Part shown: in pieces, positions 1-11,520 of the stretch | Layout of the letters: each line of letters starts with the position of its first letter | How positions within the stretch are numbered: position 1 is the stretch's first letter | Assembly: GCA_964019335.1 (NCBI GenBank) | Contig: OZ025712.1 | Location: 437,614 to 501,613 of the forward strand | DNA length: 64,000 nt | Direction: 5' to 3' | Source: Diplonema japonicum | Lineage: Eukaryota; Protista; Euglenozoa: Diplonemea | The notes under the pieces: generated by a model | The model's database searches: none | Told to the model about the DNA's origin: nothing | The model's input: the letters and a program-made list of their open reading frames with translations, nothing else | Position numbers and translations under genes: made by a program

Positions 1-227
1 TGGCGACGCATCCCCTCATGAAGCCCGACTGGCTTCAGCTCGGACAGGCTGACTGGATGGACGACTACTACTACGAGGTGTTGAAGGCCCGCACTGTGGA
101 CACCCTTCCCTTCATCGCGATGGGCTCCCGTCTTGGTGGGCTGAACTACTTCACAAGGCCTACCATCGCCAACCTCACAGGGACCACTCCCGACTGGTGT
201 GACTTCGACGAGGTTTTCTTTGCTTAG
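1..227 (+). CDS. 3' end of an upstream copy of the tandem secreted protein (partial)
   Basis: Identical to the C-terminal part of 1216-2076. Confidence 0.9.
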   Translation, partial: ATHPLMKPDWLQLGQADWMDDYYYEVLKARTVDTLPFIAMGSRLGGLNYFTRPTIANLTGTTPDWCDFDEVFFA

Positions 228-1215
228 AAAATCTTAGTTCCAACATCCCTACTTTCGTCCCCTCACAAGCATTTCCGTTTGATAGAACTTGGGTAGTTTA
301 GTATAAAGATCCTTCTCCTTCTATTGAGGGAGGCAATGGCACACCATAGAGGAAGGGGTGAGATTAAACCCCATGCCTCCTTGTTACAGTTCCGTTGTCG
401 AGGATCATGTCTGCCAATTACTCCGTTCTACGTAACAGCAAGGGGATCTTGTGGTTGAATGTCTACCCTCACATTTATCCAAGTCCCCTGCCTCCCCGTT
501 TTATTTCTGACCCCCCCCCCCCCCCCTGGTTTCCCCCTCCTCTGTTATTCTCTCAAGTGCGATCCCCCTGCCCCCCATTTTATTTTTGTTTCCCCCTTCA
601 AACGGAGAAGGGGGCAGTTGTAGCAGTATTTACTGGAGATATCCTCATTATTCATAAGAACTCTGTTTCTACGTAGTCTGTTACATCTGATGGAGAACCC
701 GATGTCATGGAGGAGGTACCCTGTGATGTTGGCAAGTAAGGCTTGTTCCTTTACCCTGCAAATTTAAAAGCTCTCAAAAGTAAAATCCAACCCATCCTCA
801 CATTTCTCAGTGCTCTTCCCTCCTCCCCCCTTCTTTTTAATTGTTGTCGTCGTTTGCTTGATGCGGAAGGACGAAAGGCATTTCCCCGTTTTCTGTTTCC
901 CACCTTTTTCCGCGCGATTTTTTTCTTTTTAGTCACAAGTTATTTTCAAAAAAAGAAAAATGATTATACCTTATGCAACTTATGCCGACAACAAGGATAA
1001 TATTTTTTGAGTTGGCCACCCTCTTCACCCACCCCAAGTTTTCCAGCCATGATGTTTTTCTGACACATCTGCGGTGCACTTGCTGTTCTGCTGTACGTCT
1101 CATGAAAACGGAATCTCTTTTTTCTTAAGAATGGCAAATCCCCCCTCTCCCCAATATCCACCTGCACACCTCACACACCACTGCAGGTTTTTAATTCCCT
1201 TAAATCATAAACACA

Positions 1216-2076
1216 ATGTTGCGCTTCACGCTCCTTGCCACTGCGATCGCCATGGGCAGTGCCCAAACCCTGACTCAAGCTGAGACTGCCCAGGCCCTCA
1301 TCGACAAGGTGTTGAACGGTACCGCCGACGACTGGACCTACCCCTGCAGACCCATCAGGCTCCCAAGGAAATACTCTGGGTTCCACCACAGGTGGTGGAG
1401 ACATGGAGGTATGTCCCAGGAGGACTTCATGGAGGACCTGGCCCACGGGTTTGGGGGTGACGAGGGACGTGTGAATGTGACTGGCGACGTGCCTCCCGCA
1501 CTTGTCTCCTGGGGCACAGACGGCAACGCCAACTTCACATGGCGTTTCCCCGACCGTGCCCTGAACAACTACTTCAGGAAGGCCTTCTGGAACATCAAGT
1601 TCTGCATGTGGGAGCACGGGCACAATGTGGAGTTCACGAAGTACGACCTGTTCCACGCACACGCTTTCTCGTTCGAGCATGACGGGATCAAGGACTTCGG
1701 GATGGTGTTCCACGCAAAGGAATACCCTAGCGACCTGTTCACGGGTGTCACTGGTGCCCCTTTCAACACATCGCACCCCTCCTACCCTGTGAGGAACATC
1801 TTGTGGGTGGCATCCCTCTCGCAGTCCTTCCTCATCGACTCTGACAACGTGGCGACGCATCCCCTCATGAAGCCCGACTGGCTTCAGCTCGGACAGGCTG
1901 ACTGGATGGACGACTACTACTACGAGGTGTTGAAGGCCCGCACTGTGGACACCCTTCCCTTCATCGCGATGGGCTCCCGTCTTGGTGGGCTGAACTACTT
2001 CACAAGGCCTACCATCGCCAACCTCACAGGGACCACTCCCGACTGGTGTGACTTCGACGAGGTTTTCTTTGCTTAG
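1216..2076 (+). CDS. Secreted uncharacterised 286-aa protein, tandem copy
   Basis: Signal peptide MLRFTLLATAIAMGSA; GC3-rich codon use; motifs TKYDLFHAH, FHAKEYP and RNILW resemble a plant-conserved uncharacterised family (from memory, unverified). Confidence 0.88.
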   Translation: MLRFTLLATAIAMGSAQTLTQAETAQALIDKVLNGTADDWTYPCRPIRLPRKYSGFHHRWWRHGGMSQEDFMEDLAHGFGGDEGRVNVTGDVPPALVSWGTDGNANFTWRFPDRALNNYFRKAFWNIKFCMWEHGHNVEFTKYDLFHAHAFSFEHDGIKDFGMVFHAKEYPSDLFTGVTGAPFNTSHPSYPVRNILWVASLSQSFLIDSDNVATHPLMKPDWLQLGQADWMDDYYYEVLKARTVDTLPFIAMGSRLGGLNYFTRPTIANLTGTTPDWCDFDEVFFA

Positions 2077-3064
2077 AAAATCTTAGTTCCAACATCCCTA
2101 CTTTCGTCCCCTCACAAGCATTTCCGTTTGATAGAACTTGGGTAGTTTAGTATAAAGATCCTTCTCCTTCTATTGAGGGAGGCAATGGCACACCATAGAG
2201 GAAGGGGTGAGATTAAACCCCATGCCTCCTTGTTACAGTTCCGTTGTCGAGGATCATGTCTGCCAATTACTCCGTTCTACGTAACAGCAAGGGGATCTTG
2301 TGGTTGAATGTCTACCCTCACATTTATCCAAGTCCCCTGCCTCCCCGTTTTATTTCTGACCCCCCCCCCCCCCCCTGGTTTCCCCCTCCTCTGTTATTCT
2401 CTCAAGTGCGATCCCCCTGCCCCCCATTTTATTTTTGTTTCCCCCTTCAAACGGAGAAGGGGGCAGTTGTAGCAGTATTTACTGGAGATATCCTCATTAT
2501 TCATAAGAACTCTGTTTCTACGTAGTCTGTTACATCTGATGGAGAACCCGATGTCATGGAGGAGGTACCCTGTGATGTTGGCAAGTAAGGCTTGTTCCTT
2601 TACCCTGCAAATTTAAAAGCTCTCAAAAGTAAAATCCAACCCATCCTCACATTTCTCAGTGCTCTTCCCTCCTCCCCCCTTCTTTTTAATTGTTGTCGTC
2701 GTTTGCTTGATGCGGAAGGACGAAAGGCATTTCCCCGTTTTCTGTTTCCCACCTTTTTCCGCGCGATTTTTTTCTTTTTAGTCACAAGTTATTTTCAAAA
2801 AAAGAAAAATGATTATACCTTATGCAACTTATGCCGACAACAAGGATAATATTTTTTGAGTTGGCCACCCTCTTCACCCACCCCAAGTTTTCCAGCCATG
2901 ATGTTTTTCTGACACATCTGCGGTGCACTTGCTGTTCTGCTGTACGTCTCATGAAAACGGAATCTCTTTTTTCTTAAGAATGGCAAATCCCCCCTCTCCC
3001 CAATATCCACCTGCACACCTCACACACCACTGCAGGTTTTTAATTCCCTTAAATCATAAACACA

Positions 3065-3925
3065 ATGTTGCGCTTCACGCTCCTTGCCACTGCGATCGCC
3101 ATGGGCAGTGCCCAAACCCTGACTCAAGCTGAGACTGCCCAGGCCCTCATCGACAAGGTGTTGAACGGTACCGCCGACGACTGGACCTACCCCTGCAGAC
3201 CCATCAGGCTCCCAAGGAAATACTCTGGGTTCCACCACAGGTGGTGGAGACATGGAGGTATGTCCCAGGAGGACTTCATGGAGGACCTGGCCCACGGGTT
3301 TGGGGGTGACGAGGGACGTGTGAATGTGACTGGCGACGTGCCTCCCGCACTTGTCTCCTGGGGCACAGACGGCAACGCCAACTTCACATGGCGTTTCCCC
3401 GACCGTGCCCTGAACAACTACTTCAGGAAGGCCTTCTGGAACATCAAGTTCTGCATGTGGGAGCACGGGCACAATGTGGAGTTCACGAAGTACGACCTGT
3501 TCCACGCACACGCTTTCTCGTTCGAGCATGACGGGATCAAGGACTTCGGGATGGTGTTCCACGCAAAGGAATACCCTAGCGACCTGTTCACGGGTGTCAC
3601 TGGTGCCCCTTTCAACACATCGCACCCCTCCTACCCTGTGAGGAACATCTTGTGGGTGGCATCCCTCTCGCAGTCCTTCCTCATCGACTCTGACAACGTG
3701 GCGACGCATCCCCTCATGAAGCCCGACTGGCTTCAGCTCGGACAGGCTGACTGGATGGACGACTACTACTACGAGGTGTTGAAGGCCCGCACTGTGGACA
3801 CCCTTCCCTTCATCGCGATGGGCTCCCGTCTTGGTGGGCTGAACTACTTCACAAGGCCTACCATCGCCAACCTCACAGGGACCACTCCCGACTGGTGTGA
3901 CTTCGACGAGGTTTTCTTTGCTTAG
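3065..3925 (+). CDS. Secreted uncharacterised 286-aa protein, tandem copy
   Basis: Identical to 1216-2076. Confidence 0.88.
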   Translation: MLRFTLLATAIAMGSAQTLTQAETAQALIDKVLNGTADDWTYPCRPIRLPRKYSGFHHRWWRHGGMSQEDFMEDLAHGFGGDEGRVNVTGDVPPALVSWGTDGNANFTWRFPDRALNNYFRKAFWNIKFCMWEHGHNVEFTKYDLFHAHAFSFEHDGIKDFGMVFHAKEYPSDLFTGVTGAPFNTSHPSYPVRNILWVASLSQSFLIDSDNVATHPLMKPDWLQLGQADWMDDYYYEVLKARTVDTLPFIAMGSRLGGLNYFTRPTIANLTGTTPDWCDFDEVFFA

Positions 3926-4077
3926 AATTTTCTTTTTCGGGCACACCAATGATGATAGTTGTTTCTGTTCTTTCCTCCCAATCCTATCGTATGGCCATCA
4001 TAATCCCGTGATGAAGAAAAGCAATGGTGCGAAGAGAAAATACTTTTTCTGAACGCTGGCCTTTTTCTTTTACCCAT

Positions 4078-4111
<34 letters not shown>

Positions 4112-4700
4112 CCGATGGGAGCTAGCACCCAACAAGCTATTTTTGTTTATTTTATTGTGATTTCGCTGTTACGATGCTCTGCAGCCTGCTGAGTATTCCT
4201 TCTCCCTCTTGCGGTGTCTGAGGAACGTATTAAATTTCTTGGATTCCGTGGGGTTAATGTAAGTAGCAGTGATCTTTTTTTTCTGTGCGAAGAAAGCTCC
4301 CTTTAATCCTCTACCCTATTGCGAGAAAAAAAAAAAGAAAAACATCTTCTATTTAACTATTTCAATTCTAAACCTGTGTGTTTCAAGTTCATCCAAACCT
4401 TTTGGTTACGCATTCAAAAAGAAAAATAAAAAAAGATAAAAAAGAAGTCCGCATGTTGACAGCGTCTGAACACGTGGTTGTTTTTCATCCCTTTGAAAAT
4501 TGTCCCCCCTATTTCTGTTCCCCCCTTTCTTTCTTTTTTTTTTTTTGTTCTTCCTCCCACTATTCTTTCGTTTTTTTCCACCAATTCCCACCACCACCAT
4601 ATTGAAGTTTTTTATTTTCCATTTTTTTTGGTTCATTTATTGAATTTAGTTAACTCACCCAACACACCACCAGGGGGGGCGGGCTGCCAACAGCACCGTT

Positions 4701-5843
4701 GTGGATGGTGAACAGCCATTTGAGTATGTGCTCAGAAAAAGATTTTTACCCCTCACAGCTGCAACGGAATGGCAGACGGCACGTGTTGCATACTCGAAGG
4801 TGATGGGGGAGAAGCGATGGGTGGAGAGCAACTTCGAGCTGCAGGACATCTGCTCTGACATAGGGCTTCAGCCAGGCTCAGACGACGTGCGGAAGGCACT
4901 CGAGGAGAATGAAGGGCGGCTAGACTTTGAGGGAATCCTGCGGTTTGTGCAGTACATGAAAGCACGCCTTCTGATACCAGAGCCCCCCGACATCGACACC
5001 ATCCGTGCCTTCGCCGCTGTCGGCGGTGATGCGGCAACCAAAGCCGACGTCGACCCCACCGCCCTGCTACGCACCTGCGAAGAGTTCGATCTCACAATAC
5101 AGTTGCAGGGCCTGCTTGACACCGATTCTGTGCAAGGCTCTCTCAAATTCAACGACTTCCACAACATGTTCCACGGCAGTGACCAGCCCGCAACAAAGGT
5201 ACGGCTCAAACTGGGCTACGACTACAACGCACTTCTCGAGAAGGAGATGACAACCAAGTCTCTACCCCTGCCAAGGTACCGCAGACCCACTGACTTGCTA
5301 AGGTCGCCCGCCACGCGAAGAGCTTCAACGGCCAAGTGCAAGGTTGCCAATGACAAGGTGAAGTATTACCTGGAGCTGAAGGAGAAGGGCGTCAACCCTG
5401 GGCTGTACAACGAGGGTGAAACATCGGGTGAGAATGTAGTCAATGCGACAAAAGAAGATGGAAAGGAGAAAACAGATGGCACCCAGAACATGACAAAGAA
5501 GAAGCAGAAGAAGATGCAGGAACCCCCCAAGTCATCACCGCACACCATTCTGGGCAAGGGCACACGGGTCATCGGGCGCTCAGGGCTGTTTGTAGATGAT
5601 CCCCCAAGACTGTACCCGCAGCACCTTGCAGCCACGAGTGTCCCGCCGCTACCGCCCATTAACCAGCATGGCAGAAAGAAACTGAACCCCGTGAAGAGCA
5701 CCCTGTCCAGTATTGAGAAACGTATGGCAGAGCTGACCAAAAGGAAGCTCGGAGCGAAGTATAGCAAAGTCCAGCCAAGGGTGAACCTCACAGGGTCAGT
5801 AGTAGCCCCAAAGCACGTAGAGAGTGTACTGGCAGCGCAGTAA
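4701..5843 (+). CDS. EF-hand/calmodulin-like protein resembling outer dynein arm docking subunit DC3, with basic C-terminal extension; true start uncertain
   Basis: DTIRAFAAVGG...CEEFDLTI...DTDSVQGSLKFNDF resembles the DC3 C-lobe; ORF starts at GTG, so an upstream exon (MLTASEH at ~4453) is possible. Confidence 0.65.
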   Translation: MDGEQPFEYVLRKRFLPLTAATEWQTARVAYSKVMGEKRWVESNFELQDICSDIGLQPGSDDVRKALEENEGRLDFEGILRFVQYMKARLLIPEPPDIDTIRAFAAVGGDAATKADVDPTALLRTCEEFDLTIQLQGLLDTDSVQGSLKFNDFHNMFHGSDQPATKVRLKLGYDYNALLEKEMTTKSLPLPRYRRPTDLLRSPATRRASTAKCKVANDKVKYYLELKEKGVNPGLYNEGETSGENVVNATKEDGKEKTDGTQNMTKKKQKKMQEPPKSSPHTILGKGTRVIGRSGLFVDDPPRLYPQHLAATSVPPLPPINQHGRKKLNPVKSTLSSIEKRMAELTKRKLGAKYSKVQPRVNLTGSVVAPKHVESVLAAQ

Positions 5844-6047
5844 GTTAGTTTTTACAAACTAACATAAAAAGAAAAAAATGCCCATTCCCTCACCTTCCCT
5901 CTTTTGCTAGAGGGATCGGCTTGTACTGTATTCCGCATTGGCAGACACTGGAACTGCTGTAAGTTTCCGTCCCTTTTGAGATATCGTCATAAGTTTTCTT
6001 CAGAGCACTTGTCGCTGGCACGCTCCAGTCAGCTCAGCTCAGGATCT

Positions 6048-6801
6048 ATGTCACACAAAAATGGCTGCGACACGACCTATAAGAACAAGGACCGTGTGAG
6101 GGGTGGCGCGGGGGAGTTCTCATGGGACCAGCTGAGGGGTGACAGGAGTGCGGCTATTGGTGAGTTCTACCTGGGGAGATCTCAAGCGTGCGAGAACTTG
6201 TGGTACAGTGGTGCGGGAGCGAAGAGGGAGCGGGCAGGGAAAAACAATGTCAGTGACATCAAGCAGCAAGAGGAAGAGATGATGAGGGAGGCGCTCGGGC
6301 TCAAGGCGATAAAGGTATGCCACATGCGCACTTCCAACCATCACACAGAGGAAGAAGACAGAGCTCACGGAACGCGAAGAAGCAGAGCTCTTGAAGAGGG
6401 ACACATCGGGGGCAGAGACACACTCTGTGGGGCTGGGACTGAACCATCGCGTTAAGAAAGCAACAACTCAGTACATTGAAAACACTGGGATCACCCCAGA
6501 CGCACTGGGCAAGCGCGAGACTTACGAACAGTCACACCACTCGATCAAAGGGACAGTTGAGGAGGAGGCTGATGGGCAGAGGCAGAAGGAGCACGAGGTG
6601 CAGGACAGCATTGTAGATGGTATTAACTACTCGAAGCTGGCGAGGGGCAAGGTCCTTGCTGCTGAGAAGAAACGCCTGAAAAAACTGGAAAAGAAAGAGA
6701 AGAAGAAGAGGAAAAAGGAGAAAAAAAGGGAGAAAAAGGAAAAGAAGCACAAAAAGAGATCAAGGCGATCGAGCACTAGTACCAGTAGCAGCAGCAGCTG
6801 A
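6048..6801 (+). CDS. MMTAG2: Multiple myeloma tumor-associated protein 2 homolog; intron 6315-6348
   Basis: RVRGGAGEFSWD...YLG...WY motif and Lys-rich tail; a 34-nt GTATG..CACAG intron joins the two ORF-track frames. Confidence 0.85.
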
Positions 6802-7092
6802 AGACGAACAAAAAAAATGAACAAGCAGAAGATAAAGAAGAAGAAAGAAAAAAAAAAAATGGTGATAACTGTGGGATCTTTTTATTCCTTTGTTTCTTTC
6901 GAAATAACCCCCGCCCCCTCCTTACAACACGCAGAGGAAAAAAAGGGGGGGGGAGTGAAACTTAAAATACAAGAAGAAAAAAAAGGGGAACAATGATATC
7001 CGCAAAGACATTGACACAGGTACAGAAAAAAAAAAGAACTAAAAAGAGAAAAAAAAACCCCTAATCCACAGGAGGACCTAGATAACCCCACA

Positions 7093-7830
7093 ATGACACC
7101 GGAGCAGGTCTTGAAATTTAACGGGCCGACAGATGGGTTCCTGTGCTCATTGGCAGCGAACAGGTTTGGGATAGAGTTCATGTCTTTCAAGATCAGGGAT
7201 ATCGAGAGCGGGCAGGTTCTGTTCCAGGTGGAGCGGGGAGAGGATGAGGTGCCGACGCCGTCTGCAACAGACGAAACAGCTGCACGGACCATTCAGTATG
7301 ATTTCCCAGCCGACTTTTTGAAGTTCCGGACTGTGGGCACGAAGCTTGTCTTCACAGTGGGTCCCAAACCCGTCCCCAACTTCAGGATGATAGAGCGTCA
7401 CTACTTCCGTGACAGGTTGGTTAAGTCCTTTGATTTCAATTTCGGGTTCTGCATTCCCAACTCCACCAACTCCTGGGAGGCAATATACGATATGCCTAGG
7501 CTCACTGCAGGTTTGAGAATTGAAAAAAAAAACAAAAAAACAAAAAAAAAAAAAAAAAAACAGATGAGCAAGAAGATATAATGAAGCATCCGTTCGAAAC
7601 AAAATCTGACTCTTTCTATTTCGTCAACAATGAACTGATCATGCACAATAAGGTATTTCCCCCCGTTCCCCCTGTTTTCTTTCTCGCTTTTGGACGGGGG
7701 GGGGGGGGGGGGGGGTGGCACTAGTTGGCATTACCGTTATTGGTTTCTGCCGTCGGTTGTCATAAACTTCATTTCTCCACTAAAATCAAATCACATCCCT
7801 ACACAGGCTGACTACTCCTACCAAGCATGA
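7093..7830 (+). CDS. UNC119: UNC119 myristoyl-cargo carrier; introns 7511-7563 and 7653-7806
   Basis: [29 protein letters not shown]; splicing restores [26 protein letters not shown]. Confidence 0.95.
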
Positions 7831-9242
7831 TAGACAGATGCATGTGAACTAAAAAAGAAAAAAAAAAAAAACCAAAATCCACACTTTTTTTTTTTGAAAA
7901 GAACAAAAGAAGAAGTAAGGGGGTGGAGTCTTTGTAGACCGAGTCGCAAAAGGTGGTGGAAAAAAAAGAAGAGGAAGGTGTTGCCTTTCCGTAACCCCTC
8001 CTTTTTTCGTTTTTTTTTGCGAGGAAGTAAAAAAAAAGGCTTGTAATAAAGGGAATATAAATAGGGCGGGAAGGAAAAAAAAAAGAAAGAACCCACTTTT
8101 CTTTTCTGCTGCCCAGGATATTCCTGCCTGAGAATGTTCCCTTTACTGTTATCCTTTTTTAACCGAGAGGTAAGGGTAGGTAGTGTAAAAAAAAAGAGAG
8201 GTAATTAGAAAAAGAAAAAAAATACCCCCCACCAATCCCACTCGGTCCCTGCCCCTTAAAGGAATTACTTAAATCTACACCCTTTGAAATGTTTCTTTAA
8301 CGACATAATTTTTTTTTAAGGTAAAGGAAATAATAAGAATGAAGACATGAACACCCCCCCCCCCCCCCTCCCTTATCTTTATTGTCCCTTTTGGCTTGAT
8401 TATCGCAAAAGGGGGGCAAAAGAAAAGGATTCTTTAAATTAGATTTTTTTCTTTTTCTTTTCCCCCCACTATTTAGTTTTTATATTTTGCCCATCCCTTA
8501 CTTTCATCCCCGTTCCATTAAACCCCCCCCCCCCTTTCTTATTATTCTTCCTTGCCACCCCTCTCACCTTCTACCCCACTGCCTGTTCAAAGAAACAGAG
8601 AAAGGACCAAAAAAAAGTGTAGAGGACTCTGGGGTGGAGGGACTACGACCTGGAGAAGGTGTTGTGTCATTCTCAAACATTCCTGACTGGGTGTCTACAT
8701 GATGCATAGGAGGGGGGGGGGGGGGGGGGGGGGCACAATGCTGGCAGCAACCTACCCCGCCATTTTCAATAGTTTTATAAATAAATAAAAGGGTTTTTTT
8801 TTAACTTATATTGCTGTGTTGCAATGCTGAGACCGAAGCGGACACAAAAAAAGAAATGCCTGTTGTGCATTGCTTTCAATACGGGGAAAAAAAAAGGATA
8901 GATCCAGCAGAGGAAACAAAGAAAGAGAGGGGGGCAGGGTGGGGATATTGACAGTTCTTTGATTTTTCTTCTTATTTTTTTGATGACTTCTTTTTTTTTT
9001 TTTACCCCTTATTGTTTTTTTTCTCCTTTGTTTAACCCCCCCCAAAAAAAAGAAACGCACCCTCCTTCTCTTGTCACTGCTCTCAACCATCCTCGGCTCA
9101 ACAGTAAAAGGCTCCTCATTCTCTTGGTCACTGCCCCCCCCCCCACCAAAAGCTTCAACCCTTCTTATTAAAAAGCCCTGTTTTTCTTATCTTTTCTTTT
9201 CTTTTTCTCTTTTTTATTCTTTTCTTCTTCTTATTTATTTTC

Positions 9243-11411
9243 ATGTTTTGCAAAACAGCAAGGACGAAAGCCTTTCAGAGGGTGGGGTGGGGGATGGCAC
9301 TTTTGGAAGGACCTTCGAAAGAAGGCGAGCCATGGGCAGAGAAGTTTCGAGATAAGGTGCGCTACGGGGACAGCCGTGAAGTGGGTGTGGAGGACTGTGT
9401 GTGGGAGTGCTTCCAGAGCACAACAGGGTTCAACGTAGGAGATGTGAAGCGTCTTGTGGAGGGAAAGATGTGCAGCAAGCAGGCTGTGGAGGAGGTCCCC
9501 CTGTCATATGGTGTCTTCGACCCGCAGAGGTTACTTGACTTCGCGAAGAGCATCAGCCACGAGACGCCCATGGCCCATGCCATTGCAGAGCTCAAGCGGC
9601 GGATGCACCACCACACTGAACTCTCCATCAGGGGCATAGACCTTGCAAGAATCACGTCAGAAGCCGACCTCGAGGCAGGCGTGCGCTCCCGTTCCAGCCG
9701 TGCTAAGATCACCGACCTCACTACTCAAAAAGAAATTATGAAACTCAAGCAATTCCTCACCACGCATACGGCCACCTCTGACGATATCCCCTCTCTCTGG
9801 ACGGACCCGAGCACCATCAGGGCTCTCCGCAAGGATCTTATTGACTACTCCAACACGCTCAGGAGCTACACCAAACTGCTCGAAGTGAGGAGCAGCTACC
9901 CACACGGCGTTCATGACGACAACGAAAACACGAAGTACAGACTGCTGCGGAGTGAAGAGGCCTCGCAACGGCTAGCCATTTCGCCTGCTGCCATCGAGTC
10001 ACGCTTGGAACGGCTGCAGCTCAGCAAGCGGAGGATATCCAAAGTTGTGAACTCCACTGCAAGCAAGTACCCCAACCTCCTCGAGATGTCCTTGTCGGGG
10101 AATCAGATCAAAGTGCTGGAGAACATGCCGCACAATCTGTCTGTGCTGCACATGTGTGGGAACCAGGTGAACCTCATCCACCCTACCGGCCTCCCGTCGA
10201 ATCTCATCCATCTAGGGCTGGCGTACAACAAACTGACCAACGTGAAGGGTCTGCAGGACGCGGGGATCCTCCGCTCGCTTGACATTTCCCACAACCTCCT
10301 TTGCGACATCGATGAGATCCAAAGGCTGCTACACGTCCTCAAGCAGCTGCAAAAGGTCGTGCTGAAGGGCAACCCCTTCACTCTGCTGCCCTACTACAGA
10401 CAGATGGTCATCAAGGACAGCTTGCTCGGGCTGAGCGTCCTCGACGACATACCCATCACACCTGAAGAGAGGAACTTTGTAGGAAGGATGCAATTCACCG
10501 GTGAGGTGTTTGGAGAAGAGAAAAAAGAAGTAGTGGTAAAGGATGGGGCAGAAGTAGGGGAACAGGAGGAACGGAAGGGGGAGGAAGACCAAGCAGATCG
10601 TGAGGTGGGCAAGGATGCTGAAAAGGAGACCCCTCCGATTCACATACGGATACACATTGAGAAGATAGAAGGACTCATCGAAAAGGAACCCGATCAGAAA
10701 GAGGAAGCCCCGCCTGTGGCAGCACCTGCGAAAGGTAAAAAAGCACCCGTCCAAGCACAGCAGGTGCAGGAAGAGCCACAAAACCAGCGGTCTATCTATC
10801 TCTACAACAACTGTACATATGGGGGTTTTAAGACTGGGGCGATAGAGGTGAAGGGGACGACAGTCAGCGTCGGGGAGAGAATCGACATGAAGGTGGTGTG
10901 CGATAAGGACCTGGCGACGTGGCTGCTTAAGGTGCACACCATTGAGGTACATGAGGTAGATGGGGAAACAGATCAATTGCTGGGTGTTGTAAACACAGAG
11001 TTCAGCCAGGCGCTGGTCTCTGCTAAGGCTGCAGATGACTGGTCAGGCCGCACGCAGAGCGTGTTCCAGCAGGAGCTCTCCCTCCAACACAACACCCTCC
11101 TCTACCACGCAAAATACCTTGAAAAGTGTAAAGCACAAACTCTCATCACGGCAATAGCCGGTGCATGTGCTATCACTGCCATACCAACCTCTCTGTCCCC
11201 CAAGCGCTCCTCGTCCATTAGGAAGAGCATCACAAACTCGGCCTCCAAACGCCCGTCAGTCCCAACCGCTCCACCCAAAGAGGAACCCCCCAAGCCCCCC
11301 CAGCATGCCGCCTTGCCCACCACCACTGTGTTCCTCCGGGTGGAGGTCAACCCCGAGGACAAGGAAGAGGATTCACCACCACCACCGACACCGAAGAAGG
11401 GAAAGAAGTGA
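9243..11411 (+). CDS. Leucine-rich repeat protein (SDS22-type LRRs with LRRcap; LRRC43-like architecture)
   Basis: LxxLxLxxN repeats (LLEMSLSGNQI, LIHLGLAYNKL, LRSLDISHNLL) and GNPFTLLPYYR cap. Confidence 0.8.
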   Translation: MFCKTARTKAFQRVGWGMALLEGPSKEGEPWAEKFRDKVRYGDSREVGVEDCVWECFQSTTGFNVGDVKRLVEGKMCSKQAVEEVPLSYGVFDPQRLLDFAKSISHETPMAHAIAELKRRMHHHTELSIRGIDLARITSEADLEAGVRSRSSRAKITDLTTQKEIMKLKQFLTTHTATSDDIPSLWTDPSTIRALRKDLIDYSNTLRSYTKLLEVRSSYPHGVHDDNENTKYRLLRSEEASQRLAISPAAIESRLERLQLSKRRISKVVNSTASKYPNLLEMSLSGNQIKVLENMPHNLSVLHMCGNQVNLIHPTGLPSNLIHLGLAYNKLTNVKGLQDAGILRSLDISHNLLCDIDEIQRLLHVLKQLQKVVLKGNPFTLLPYYRQMVIKDSLLGLSVLDDIPITPEERNFVGRMQFTGEVFGEEKKEVVVKDGAEVGEQEERKGEEDQADREVGKDAEKETPPIHIRIHIEKIEGLIEKEPDQKEEAPPVAAPAKGKKAPVQAQQVQEEPQNQRSIYLYNNCTYGGFKTGAIEVKGTTVSVGERIDMKVVCDKDLATWLLKVHTIEVHEVDGETDQLLGVVNTEFSQALVSAKAADDWSGRTQSVFQQELSLQHNTLLYHAKYLEKCKAQTLITAIAGACAITAIPTSLSPKRSSSIRKSITNSASKRPSVPTAPPKEEPPKPPQHAALPTTTVFLRVEVNPEDKEEDSPPPPTPKKGKK

Positions 11412-11520
11412 GAAAACAGAACGACAGTAGTTATACCTTGTATTTATCTAGTACATTTCTCCCCCCCTCTCCCCCCTACTTCATTTTTACGCCCATCTTT
11501 ATTCCAAGCACCTCAGTCTT

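Larger units (their letters stand above)
1..3927 (+). repeat. Head-to-tail tandem array, 1849-bp unit (gene plus intergenic), at least 2 full units plus a partial one running off the left edge
   Basis: ORFs recur at exactly +1849 (1216/3065, 395/2244); sequence looks identical until it diverges just after the stop at 3925. Confidence 0.97.

Noticed and set aside
4006-4056. C/D box snoRNA (GTGATGA...CTGA)
   Set aside because: Too short (~48 nt) and no recognisable guide sequence
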